Below, piece by piece: positions 27,076 to 36,639 of a stretch of DNA of 64,000 nt; position 1 is the first letter of the stretch; every line of letters begins with the position of its first letter. The notes under the pieces were generated by a model. It searched no databases. It saw only the letters and a list, made by a program, of their open reading frames with translations, and had not been told where the DNA came from. The stretch is from Vicinamibacterales bacterium (lineage in GTDB: Bacteria; Acidobacteriota; Vicinamibacteria; Vicinamibacterales; JAMQPK01), in assembly GCA_963850725.1 (NCBI GenBank), contig CAWKMQ010000031.1:4221-68220 (forward strand), written 5' to 3'. Made by a program: the position numbers and the translations under genes.

Positions 27076-28544
27076 TTGCGCTCGGAGTACGGGAACCAGT
27101 AGCTCTTGCGCTCCTGGATGTAGTCGATGTGCACGTGCTTGGTCTCGCGAAAGGCATCGAGCCCTTCTTCTCCAAGCTCGCGGCCGATACCGCTCTGGCG
27201 CATGCCGCCGAACGGACCGGCTTCGTTGTCGGTCAGCGGGTCGTTCACCCAGAACGTGCCCGCCTTGATCTCCTCCATCGCGCGCATCACGTAACGCAGG
27301 TTGTTCGTGTAGATGTTGGCGCCAAGCCCGTACTCGCTGTCGTTGGCCAGCGCGATGGCCTCGTCGACATCACGCACCCGGATAATCGCGGCCACGGGCC
27401 CGAATATCTCCTCGCGCGTCGGGCTGCTGCCGTGCTTCACATGGTCGAGGAGCGTGGGCTCGAGAAAGTGACCGCGTTCGCAGCCTGCCGGCCGGCCGCC
27501 CCCGGTCACGAGACACGCGCCCTCGCGCACGGCCCGTTCGATCGACTGCTTGACGGCGCACAGCGCCTTGCTCGAAATCAGCGGACCCATATCGGTCGCG
27601 GGATTCCGCGGGTCGCCGACGACGACCTGTCGGGCCAGCTCGGCGAACCGCTCGGCGAACGCATCGGCAATCTCGTTGACGACGTAAAAGCGCTTGGCCG
27701 ACGTGCAGACCTGGCCCGCATTGAGATAGCGCGCCCACACCGCACCGCGCGCGGCGATATCGAGGTCGGCGTCCTCGCAGACGATGAAGGGATCGATGCC
27801 GCTGGTCTCGAGATTCACCCGCTTCAGCGAATCGGCGGCCAGCCGCATGATGTGCTTGCCGGTCGTGGTCGAACCCGTGAAGGCAATCACATTCACATGC
27901 GGGTGCCGCACGAGCGCTTCTCCGGCTTCCTTGCCGGTGCCGGTGACGATGCCCACGACGCCAGGCGGCAGCACGTCGAACGCCCTGGCCAGCATCAGCG
28001 TGGCGAGCGGCGTCTCCTCGGCCGGCTTGATGATGATCGTGTTGCCGGCCGCGAGCGCCGGAGCGACCTTCCACGCCATGAGGAGCAGCGGGTAGTTGAA
28101 GGGCACGATGGCGGCCACGACGCCGAACGGCTCCTTCACGGTGAAGTTCACCTGGTGCTCGAAGCTGGGCGGAATGGAGTTGCCGCGCGAGTTGCGGCCG
28201 ATCTCCGCGTAGTAGTCGAAGCACGCGGTCGTCCACTCGATCTCGTCGAGGTTCTCGATCATGGGCTTGCCGCCCTCGATCGTCATCGTCTCTGCCAGCT
28301 CGCGATGCATCGCGCGTATGCGGGCGGCCACCTCGTGCAGCAGCCTGGCCTTCTCGAGCGCCGTCACACGGCGCCAGTCCTGGTACGCGATGCGGGCACG
28401 CTCGACGGCGGCCGCCACGTCTGCGGACTGTGCCCGCGGGACCAGCGCGATCGTCTCTTCGGTTGCCGGATTTTCGACCGCGATGGTCTCGCCGGCTGCC
28501 GCGTGTTCGTGTCGGTGATCGATCCACATGCCCACTTCGGTCAT
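27069..28544 (-). CDS. aldehyde dehydrogenase family protein
   Basis: In-frame ATG at 28544 (MTEVGMWIDH...). FNYPLLL, LETSGID, NAGQVCTS and EEIFGPV motifs. The stop overlaps the next start. Confidence 0.9.
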   Translation of the reverse strand: MTEVGMWIDHRHEHAAAGETIAVENPATEETIALVPRAQSADVAAAVERARIAYQDWRRVTALEKARLLHEVAARIRAMHRELAETMTIEGGKPMIENLDEIEWTTACFDYYAEIGRNSRGNSIPPSFEHQVNFTVKEPFGVVAAIVPFNYPLLLMAWKVAPALAAGNTIIIKPAEETPLATLMLARAFDVLPPGVVGIVTGTGKEAGEALVRHPHVNVIAFTGSTTTGKHIMRLAADSLKRVNLETSGIDPFIVCEDADLDIAARGAVWARYLNAGQVCTSAKRFYVVNEIADAFAERFAELARQVVVGDPRNPATDMGPLISSKALCAVKQSIERAVREGACLVTGGGRPAGCERGHFLEPTLLDHVKHGSSPTREEIFGPVAAIIRVRDVDEAIALANDSEYGLGANIYTNNLRYVMRAMEEIKAGTFWVNDPLTDNEAGPFGGMRQSGIGRELGEEGLDAFRETKHVHIDYIQERKSYWFPYSERKW

Positions 28545-28552
28545 GGATGCCT

Positions 28553-30803
28553 CTATTGCGCCGGGTCCGCGGCGACGGGAACACGCGGTCCCTGCCGTTT
28601 CTCGGATGACAGCTGCAGGTACACGAAGCGGATGCCGCTGCGAAGGTAGTTGTCGACCGCCTGGATGACCCGCGCCTGCTGCAGCCACTGCGGGCCTGTC
28701 TGCTGCATGCGCTCCTCGATGAGCGCGGAGATGTATTCGAATCCCGCGGTGAGCACGCGGATGCGGATCACGTCGAGCAGCAGATTTTCGACGGCCAGAT
28801 GGTTCTGCATCGACGGCCGCGCCGCGGTCGCGTGCAGATAGAACGTGTTGTTGTCGCCGAAGAACGGGTCCGACGCCACGCCCTCTTCGTCGTGGTCTTC
28901 GAGCGCGCTTCCAAGGGCGTACGCCACGAAGCGCCCGCTCACCACATCCCGCAGGGCCACGCCGATGGCGCGGGCATTCGACAGGGTCGCCTCGAGCATC
29001 TCGCAGGGCAGTTGCAGCAGCCGGCGTCCGCCGTTTCGCCGGGCGTCGGGGGCACGCAGCCTCATCGAGCCGTAGTGCTCGGTCTCGACGTCCATGATCT
29101 GCGTTCGATGCTCATGGAAGTTCGCCGCGGTGATGTCGACGACTTCGAGGCGTTCGAGCGGGTAATCGAGCAGCTGGGTGTCGATCTCGGGGGCCGACGG
29201 CAGCGGCTCGGCCTGTCCCTCGACGATGTCCTCGACAGCGGCTTTCAGAATCGCGAGCGCCTTCGGCGATCGCGCTGGGCTCCGTGTCGTAGCGGGGGTA
29301 GAAGCGGAGTGTGCGCTCCCCCGCGGGCAGGAGCACGAGTCCGCGTCGAAAGGCGCGATCGCGGAGTGCGTCCTGCAGGTCGGCGCGCGGGACGTCGAAG
29401 GCGAGCATGACCCCGGCGCCTCGCACGTTTTCGATGAGACCCGTGTACGCCTCCGCGAGCGCGTCGAGTCCTTCGCGCGCGAGAGCGCCGGTACGGCGAA
29501 CCTGGTCCAGATCGATCTTGTCGAGCACGGCCAGAAGGCGCACCATGCCGACCGCATCGCCTTCCCAGGTCGTGTTGAACTTCTTTTCTTCCTGGAAGAA
29601 CGTCGCCAGCTCTTCGCTCACGAAGAGCACGCCGTTCTGCGCTTTCTTCGCCCAGACGACGACGTCGGGCGGAACCGGCAGGTCGAAGAGCTCGTGCGCC
29701 CACATCCGTCCCGTCGCGCCCCAGCCCGTTTGCACTTCGTCGAACATCAGCGGGACGTCGTAGATGCCCGTGAGCAGCCGCAGGCGCTGCATGAATCGCG
29801 CGCTCGTCGTGCGGACACCGCCCTCGCCCTGAATGGGCTCGACGAGCACCGCAGCCACCCGTCGGCTGCGCCTGATGGTGTCGGCGCTCAGCGCGGCGCG
29901 CTGGGCTGCCATGAACGCAACCGGATCCTGCCCCGGGGTCGCCAGAAACGCATCGATCGCGTCCAGCTCGCGACGGAACGTTTCCTTGTTCTTCTCCGCG
30001 TGCGGAAGGCGGCCCGACACGAGCAGGTCCCAGACCTGCTTGAGGCTCCTCTCCTCGCGGCGCGCGGTCTGCTTCGCGCTGCCGTCGAGGACGGGGAAAG
30101 ACACCTGCGGCCAGTCGAACGTCGGAAATCCCAGGCGGGCCCTCTTGCGATGCGTCACCGCCAGGCTGCCGAGCGTGCGGCCGTGGAACGCGCCTTCAAA
30201 CGAAATGACGAAGCCGCCATCCGGTTCGCCCGACGTCTTCACTCGATTCAGCAGGACAGATTTGATCGCGTTCTCCACGGCCTCGGCGCCGGTGTTGACG
30301 ACGAAGTGGCGGGGCGTGCCGGCCGGCGCGATACGATTCAGCGCCGCCTTCAGCTGCAGCGAGACCCCCGTCTGATACTCCGAGTGCGCGTAGCGCGAGA
30401 AGGTGTACGGCAGATGCTTCAGCACGGCCGCAATGACGTCGGGCTCGTTCTCGCCAAACGCCTGCGTGGCGATGAGTGCGCCCATGTCGAGAAAGCGATA
30501 GGGCTGTCCGTGGGCATCGCGATCGACGGTCGCGAGGTACGGACCAATCGAATGGCCCGGATCGAACGCGACCGGCAGCGACGAGAACAGGTTTCTCGAT
30601 GCGGCGTCCAGCGCGGCGGCCGAGGTCGGCAGATGATCCAGGATGAGCTCTTCGAGCGGGCGCCCTCCATCGGTGAGGCCTTCCGGCACGTGAACGTGGA
30701 TGCCCCCTTCGCGGTAGCGGCGGTGAAGTGCCGCGAGCCGTTCGAGTTCTTCGGCGACGTTGCCGGAGCTCTCCAGGTTTTTCATCAGGGTCCAGCGCTG
30801 CAT
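28553..30803 (-). CDS. L-lysine 6-transaminase-like class-III aminotransferase fused to an uncharacterised C-terminal domain of about 235 aa, one frame change near 29262
   Basis: ORF 29112..31034 from the ATG at 30803 shows FEGAFHGRT, FDWP, EPIQGEGG, FDEVQTGWG, WAKKAQ and NTTWEGD, laid out as in lysine epsilon-aminotransferases. ...TEPSAI then continues as EALAILKAAVEDIV... in ORF 28553..29557 with no stop until 28553. Confidence 0.75.
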
Positions 30804-31020
30804 CGATCGGTCGGAAAAGTCTGCCGGGCAGTGGACTTTTGCCCGCGATTCGCAGACTGATCGCGGTCCGCCGCTCTCGACGCGTGCGTACGCTGGGACT
30901 GGTTTCGCAATCGCCATACCACCCCAAAAAGGGGAAGCGATGGCGATCACAGTGTGACGTTCAGGTGGCTGGGATGAAAAATGCGAGGTGCTGCCCGCGA
31001 GCTGGGGGAGCGCGGGCAGG

Positions 31021-31296
31021 CTATCGCACAACACTCACACGGCTTCGCGGGCCGGCGCACAGCGCCACGCTTTCCGAGGCGGTCGCGGCGCGGACGTAAC
31101 GGCCGTCCGACCGGCGGCAGAGGAAGCGGGACTCCACGAGGAAATCCAGAATCTCCCCACAGAATTCGTCGTCGACGTGCCACAGCCGGCGGGCCTGCTC
31201 GCGCTTGAGCCCGAGCCCCGGCATTTCGAGGAACTCTCCGCAAATACGATTGATGATCTCCTGCTTCAACGCCAGCCGCGCCTCGCGCTCCTCCAT
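31021..31296 (-). CDS. hypothetical small protein (about 91 aa), possibly winged-helix-like
   Basis: Internal ATG at 31296 (MEEREARLALKQEIINRICGEFLEMPGLGL...). It lies 217 nt upstream of the aminotransferase operon on the same strand. Family not recognised. Confidence 0.45.
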   Translation of the reverse strand: MEEREARLALKQEIINRICGEFLEMPGLGLKREQARRLWHVDDEFCGEILDFLVESRFLCRRSDGRYVRAATASESVALCAGPRSRVSVVR

Positions 31297-31482
31297 GGGG
31301 GACCTCCAAAGGTGATCGGTGTGCAGCCCCAATTGCACAAGTCGCACCACACTCCGACTCTTGTCTACCCCTGAGATGTATTCCGTTTTCAGGAAGAAGT
31401 GCTCCGGCGGGCAGACCTTTGTGCTCCAACTTGAGAACTTCAAGATCCTTTTTGGAACACGAGATTGCGAATAGAGGTGGTG

Positions 31483-32658
31483 CTACGGTGATACAGAAGG
31501 CGCGCCCAACCCCGTGTAGACGAACTTCTGGACCCTCTTCCCCTCATACGTTTCCGTAATAAAGAGGTCTCCCTTCGCGTTCACGGCGAGGTTGTGGGCC
31601 CCATAGAACTGCCCCGCCCAGTGTCCGGCGCCTCCGAACGTGCTCACGACCTCGAGGGTTTGCCGATCGACCACGTAGATCAGCTGGTTCGTACCGTCGT
31701 TGATGAAAAGAAACGCCTGCTTCGGGTCGGTGGAAAAGCCGACGTCCCACACCGAGCCGCTGCCGAGCGTGTCTTTCGCGATCACGGTTTCCTTCACGAA
31801 CCGGCCGGCTTTCGTGAAGACCTGTAAACGATCGTTCGTGCGATCGCACACGTAGACCAGACCATCCTTCGAGATACGCACGGCATGCACGATGCGGAAC
31901 TGCGGCGAGGGCGGGCCGGCCGGGTCGTACTGGCTGGGGCGGTTTTCATTCTGCACGACGCCACGGAATGGTCCCGGCAGCTTCTCACCCGCCCGCGTGA
32001 AAAATCCATCGTCGGGCGGGTTGCCGTAGGCGCCCCAGTGACGTTTGTAGGCGCCGGTCGAGGCGTCGAAGACGATGACGCGATGGTTGACGTAGCCGTC
32101 GGCGACGTATACCTCGTTGGCGGCGGCGTCGAGAACCATGTTCGCCGGCGCGCCGAGATTCGCCGTGTCGTTGCTGCCGCCACCCTGTCCCTGACGGCCG
32201 ATTTGCATCAGGAACTTTCCGTCGCGCGAGAACTTCAGGATGTGCGAGTCCTTTTCGCCGCCGGCGCCCAGCCACACCTGGTCGTTATCGTCGACGTAGA
32301 TGCCGTGCTCGAGCTGGGGCCACTCGTACCCGGTGCCCGGACCACCCCACGATGACACCAGCGTGCCGTCCGCATCGAACTCGAGCACGGGCGGCGCCGC
32401 TTTCCATATCGATCGAGTCTCGTTGGGTTGCAGCGTTGAAGGTCGATGTGTAATCCAGACGTGATCGCGCTTGTCGACGGCCACGCCCGCGACGGCGCCG
32501 ATGATCCACCTGTTCGGCAGCGGTTTTGGCCACTGGGGATCGACGCGGAAGGTGGGCACCTGCCGGCCGCCCGACGCCGGGCGCTGTGCGTGTGGAAGCG
32601 CCAGCGCCGCCAGCACGGCGGATGCTGAAAACAGAACGACGCGTTTCATCGAAGCCAT
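31483..32658 (-). CDS. secreted NHL-repeat / six-bladed beta-propeller protein (peptidylglycine amidating lyase-like)
   Basis: Intact 391-aa ORF. Signal peptide. Repeated blades, e.g. VYVADGYVNHRVIVFD, LVYVCDRTNDRLQVF and LFITETYEGKRVQKF. Confidence 0.8.
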   Translation of the reverse strand: MASMKRVVLFSASAVLAALALPHAQRPASGGRQVPTFRVDPQWPKPLPNRWIIGAVAGVAVDKRDHVWITHRPSTLQPNETRSIWKAAPPVLEFDADGTLVSSWGGPGTGYEWPQLEHGIYVDDNDQVWLGAGGEKDSHILKFSRDGKFLMQIGRQGQGGGSNDTANLGAPANMVLDAAANEVYVADGYVNHRVIVFDASTGAYKRHWGAYGNPPDDGFFTRAGEKLPGPFRGVVQNENRPSQYDPAGPPSPQFRIVHAVRISKDGLVYVCDRTNDRLQVFTKAGRFVKETVIAKDTLGSGSVWDVGFSTDPKQAFLFINDGTNQLIYVVDRQTLEVVSTFGGAGHWAGQFYGAHNLAVNAKGDLFITETYEGKRVQKFVYTGLGAPSVSP

Positions 32659-32811
32659 TGCCGGACCGGAATGCTACCACTCGGGTGTCGTTCACGGAAT
32701 TTTGTCGCCGTCCCGGCAGACTTTGCAGCGATGCCACACGCCGACATCAACGAATTCGACGAAAACCGATGGTATGGCCCTTGCGCGTTCACTGCCCTCA
32801 ACGGCAGGCTT

Positions 32812-33123
32812 ATGGCACAAAATCCATTCGACACGATCGAAAGTACGCACGAGTACATGAAGCTCCTGGACGAAGTGCTGGACGAAGTCCAGGCAACGAC
32901 TGAAGAAGAGCTCAAACGCATCGTGCTGGCCGATACGATGGTCATCAGCCGCGGTGTGGAGGCCCTTCACCTTCTCAGCTTCAAGATCGAACAGTTGAGG
33001 CACCACATCAAGGCGAGCAGCCGCATCCTGAACGATCTCCGCACCATGCGGCGCCTGCTGCTGCGCGAGCGCCGGGGCGGCAGCGACCATGGCACGCAGG
33101 CCGCGCCGCCGCGCGTGGCCTGA
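32812..33123 (+). CDS. hypothetical protein (103 aa, helical)
   Basis: ATG at 32812 inside ORF 32671..33123. Coding-like acidic, helical sequence. No family recognised. Confidence 0.4.
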   Translation: MAQNPFDTIESTHEYMKLLDEVLDEVQATTEEELKRIVLADTMVISRGVEALHLLSFKIEQLRHHIKASSRILNDLRTMRRLLLRERRGGSDHGTQAAPPRVA

Positions 33124-33191
33124 AAGCCCGGCTCGACACGCTGGACAGCTTCTCGCATTGCCGCTAGCATTTGCGCCACAAGGAAGGCGCC

Positions 33192-34532
33192 ATGCTGCGA
33201 AATGTTCTGTCCTCGGTGCTGTTGCTCGCTGGTCTCCACACGGCTGCGTTCGCTCAGGGGACTGAGCGATGGGTCGGCACCTGGGCCACTGCGGAAGTCG
33301 GACGGCCCCAGAACCCGGTGCCGCCGGCTCCCGGACCTGCGCTCCCGCCGTTCATGGTCAACACTCGATGCGGCGCGCCTCCCGCGCCCGCCGCGGTCCC
33401 GCCGCCGGGCCAGACGTTCGCGCCACAGCCCTATCTGCACTTCACGAATCAGACGTTGCGTCAGGTCGTACGCACGAGCATCGGAGGCACGCGCGCGCGG
33501 GTCGTGCTGACCAACGCGTACGGCACCGGCACGGTCACCGTTGGCGCGGCGCATATCGCGGTTCGTGACAAGGACAGCGCGATTCAAGGGTCAGGCCGGC
33601 CGCTGACGTTCAGCGGCAGACCCAGCATCACGATTCCCGCGAACGCGATCGCCTACAGCGACCCGGTGGATTTCGCCGTGCCTCAACTGGCCGACCTCGC
33701 GATCGACCTGTATTTGCCAGGGACGACCAACACGCCGGCCACGGTGACGATGCACGGCGCCGCGCTGCAGACCAACTACATTTCGGAAACCGGGAATCAC
33801 GCCGGCAAGACGACTTTTCCAATCGTCGGCCGCACGCAGAGCTGGTTCCTGCTCTCGCACGTCGACGTCGTGGCGCCCGATAACGTCGGCGCCGTGGTCG
33901 CCTTCGGCGATTCGATTACCGACGGCGCGCGCTCGACGCCCGACACGAACAACCGCTGGCCCGATCACCTGGCGAAGCGCCTGCTGGCGCAGGGTATCAA
34001 GATGGGAGTCCTGAACGCGGGCATCGGCGGCAATCGCGTGCTGAACGAAGGCAGCGTGCCGCCGGGCATCGACGTCAGGGCCGTCGGCGCGGGCATCAAC
34101 GCGCTCGCCCGCTTCGAGCGTCACGTGCTCTCGCTCCCTGGCGTCACCCACGTGATCGTGCTCGAAGGCATCAACGACATCGGCAACGCGCGGCAGAATC
34201 CGACGCCGACCGCCGAAGATCTGATCGCCGGCCACAAGCAGCTCATCAGCCAGGCGCACGCGCGCGGATTGAAGATTTACGGGGCCACGCTGACGCCGTT
34301 CTGGGGCGCCAACTACTTCACCGAGGCGGGTGAGGCGAAACGGCAGGCACTGAACGAGTGGATTCGGAACGGCAAGGGCTACGACGGCGTCATCGATTTC
34401 GACAAGGCCACGCGCGATCCGAACGATCCGAAGAAGTTCCTCGAGAAATACGATTCGTGCGACTACCTGCATCCGGCGGACGCCGGCTACAAGGCCATGG
34501 GGGACGCGATCGAGCTGTCGCTCTTTAAATAG
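33192..34532 (+). CDS. secreted SGNH/GDSL hydrolase family protein
   Basis: Signal peptide MLRNVLSSVLLLAGLHTAAFA. FGDSITDG block I, GINDIGN block III, DYLHP block V. Confidence 0.85.
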   Translation: MLRNVLSSVLLLAGLHTAAFAQGTERWVGTWATAEVGRPQNPVPPAPGPALPPFMVNTRCGAPPAPAAVPPPGQTFAPQPYLHFTNQTLRQVVRTSIGGTRARVVLTNAYGTGTVTVGAAHIAVRDKDSAIQGSGRPLTFSGRPSITIPANAIAYSDPVDFAVPQLADLAIDLYLPGTTNTPATVTMHGAALQTNYISETGNHAGKTTFPIVGRTQSWFLLSHVDVVAPDNVGAVVAFGDSITDGARSTPDTNNRWPDHLAKRLLAQGIKMGVLNAGIGGNRVLNEGSVPPGIDVRAVGAGINALARFERHVLSLPGVTHVIVLEGINDIGNARQNPTPTAEDLIAGHKQLISQAHARGLKIYGATLTPFWGANYFTEAGEAKRQALNEWIRNGKGYDGVIDFDKATRDPNDPKKFLEKYDSCDYLHPADAGYKAMGDAIELSLFK

Positions 34533-34570
34533 TCGTCAGTTATCAGTCGTCGGTCATCAGTTGTCAGTAA
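34533..34570. repeat. Short-unit array, NTCAGT-type heptamers
   Basis: tcgtcagt tatcagt cgtcggt catcagt tgtcagt, immediately after the SGNH stop codon. Confidence 0.6.
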
Positions 34571-34608
34571 GCGTTTTGCTTTTCAAGACCCACCGCCCTT
34601 CATAGCTG

Positions 34609-34816
34609 TGGCACTCGGGTTGGTGTTGCTGCAGCGCGAAGCCGTGCGTAGGCGGCCGACACTGTACGCCTGACCGCGCGAGAAGCCAGAGGGAACCGAG
34701 CGAGGACGAATGGCGAAGTCGGTGTGCTCGCGTCGGACGGTCGCGGGCGGCATCGCAGCGCGCGTCCGGCCCCGGAGCTTCGGATTCGCGATGCAGCGAC
34801 ACCAGCCCGAGTGCCA
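34609..34816 (+). ncRNA. Candidate structured RNA (6S-like rod) or MITE-like element closed by a 35-36 bp stem
   Basis: 34610-34644 pairs with 34781-34815: 31 Watson-Crick pairs, 2 G-U pairs (valid only on the plus-strand RNA) and 2 G-A mismatches. The interior has further imperfect pairing (GACC/CGCGAG with CTCGCG/GGTC; apical ACCGA/TCGGT). No credible ORF. Confidence 0.35.
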
Positions 34817-34835
34817 ACGTCGTTGCAGGCAACGG

Positions 34836-34853
34836 GTCCGGCTGAAGCCGGAC
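34836..34853. repeat. REP-like GCTGAAGC-core hairpin followed by ACTACG
   Basis: GTCCGGC-TGAA-GCCGGAC. Nearly identical to the hairpin at 59701-59720 (opposite strand), including the flanking CACTACG. Confidence 0.7.
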
Positions 34854-34901
34854 ACTACGTACAGAGAAGAGCGTCCATCAAGGCCCGGCTGAAGGCGGGC
34901 C

Positions 34902-36498
34902 CTACTTCTTTGTTAGCTTCGCGCTTGGTGTCGTGTCGGCCTGCAGATCGCCGAGCACGAACTGGATGCCGCCGAGCATCAGCTTCACCAGGTCCGGCAT
35001 CATGTAGAACTCCGGCCGGTGTCCCAGCACGCTGTTGAAGACGCGGCCCTTTCCTTCTGTCTTGATCCACACCATCCCGAAGTCGCGGTCGGGGCGCAGG
35101 TATTCCCACTTCTTGAGATCGGTCCGATCGGCGTCGACGCTGAGGAGCACGTGCAGCTTTTCGCGCGTGTACGGACCGGTCATCGGGAAGTGATAGAACT
35201 CGTCCATCATCGAGAAACCCTTGCCGCCAAAATGCTTCGTCAGCGGGCTTGCGGGATCGTCGATTTTCAGCGTCCCCGGCTCGCCGTTGTACTGGTGCGG
35301 GCCTTCCTGCGCGCCCATCAGCTCGCCGAACTCGCGCACGTCCTGAGACGAGAACGTGACGCCGTGGAGCCCCGCGACGCCGCCGCCTTCGCGCACGTAG
35401 CGAATCAGCCCGTCGAGCACATCCGGATCTGAGAACACGGGGCCGACGACGCTGTTGAGAAACACGGCGTCGTACTGCTTGATGTGCGGGTATTTCAGGT
35501 TGTCGAGGTTGTTGTCGAACACCGGCTCGTACGCGCCCGTGTACTTCGCGATGAGCTGCAGCATCAGATTGCCGTGCGCGATCGTCGTGTGATAGAAGCC
35601 GCCGGCCGGACAGACGTCGAGAATCAGCAGCTTTCGCGCGCGTGCGGGCTTTGCCAGCGCCTGCCGCGGCACCGCCGCGTCGATCTTCTGCCGTTCGTCC
35701 GCGGGAATCCCGTCGGTCGTCGTAATCGGCATCATGCGCGAGATCGCGTTCACGCGATACCCTTGCGCCACGCGGACGGCCCTGTCGTAGTTCTCGCCGG
35801 CGCCAGGATCGATCGTGAAGAACAACGCGCGCGTCGATGGCCGCGACGTCGCGCAATCGCCGCACTTGTTGGGCCATTCGGGCCGTTCGGGAGGCTGCTG
35901 CCGGCTCAGATCGAGCAGAAACGGCGCGGCCTTGGCCGCATCGCGCAGGTTGGCCCCGAGCGTTTTCTCACCCTGTTTGTAGACGCCCCGCGCGTCTTCC
36001 ACCGCGACCGTCACGCCGGGCAAATCGGTCGCCTGGCGCGTCAGCACGAGCTCGATTTCGAGCGCGCGCACGAAGTCCACCAGCTTCTGGCGCGACGCGG
36101 CGTCAGACGGTATCGCGTCGATCCGATACGCGGCGACGCGAAGCCCGAGCTGGGCGAGCCGGTCTTTCACCTCCGCGAGGGCCTGGCCGCTGAGCGTGTA
36201 GTCGAGATTCGTGCTGACGCCTTCGACAAAGGCGACGCCAGCCGCGTCGATTCTCGCGGCCGCTTCAGAGAACGGAATGCGGCCGAACGCGTCGGATCGA
36301 ATACCGGCCTTCCAGCCGAGCAGCCCGACCGCGCTGCCCCGCGGGCGGCGGCTGTCGGGCGGGCGTGTCTGGGCCGACGTCTTCGCCCCACCCGTGCCAT
36401 CCACCCGCCCGGGCGGCGGGTCTGGCGGTCTGTCCCGAGCAGGCAACGGCGGTCGTGACGAAAATCGCGAGCGCGATGGTTTGAACTCTAAGATTCAT
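34902..36498 (-). CDS. secreted ThuA domain-containing protein with an N-terminal TIM-barrel-like (sugar phosphate isomerase/epimerase-like) region, one frame change near 36420
   Basis: Signal peptide MNLRVQTIALAIFVTTAVAC (ORF 36265..36498) joins ORF 34902..36446. C-terminal ThuA-like ...VFLNSVVGPVF...GGGVAGLHG...SVLGHRPEF. Confidence 0.75.
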
Positions 36499-36639
36499 CG
36501 GCCACTCCTACACGGAATCTGGCGCATTCTGTCAGGGATTATACGGATTGACACTGGGCGTTGCACATCTCCCGCGCGCCACAGTAGGATCTCGTCCGAA
36601 ACACACCACCGCACGTTCCGGTTGTTGCATGGAGGGGTT

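Noticed and set aside
34608-34625. Sigma-54-like -24/-12 element (TGGCAC-N5-TTGG) at the 5' edge of the structured element. A similar TGGCAC-N5-TTCA occurs in the REP units at 49971-49987 and on the minus strand of 52156-52178.
   Set aside because: The -12 box does not match TTGC (GG and CA instead of GC). A start about 12 nt downstream would cut the 35-bp stem. The TGGCAC is more simply part of the palindromic repeat.
34557-34892. ORFs 34557..34832 -, 34583..34855 -, 34710..34892 + and 34724..35038 +, all inside the convergent gap.
   Set aside because: Their composition is Arg/Ser/Cys-rich and non-protein-like. They overlap the long inverted repeat, which explains the open frames on both strands.
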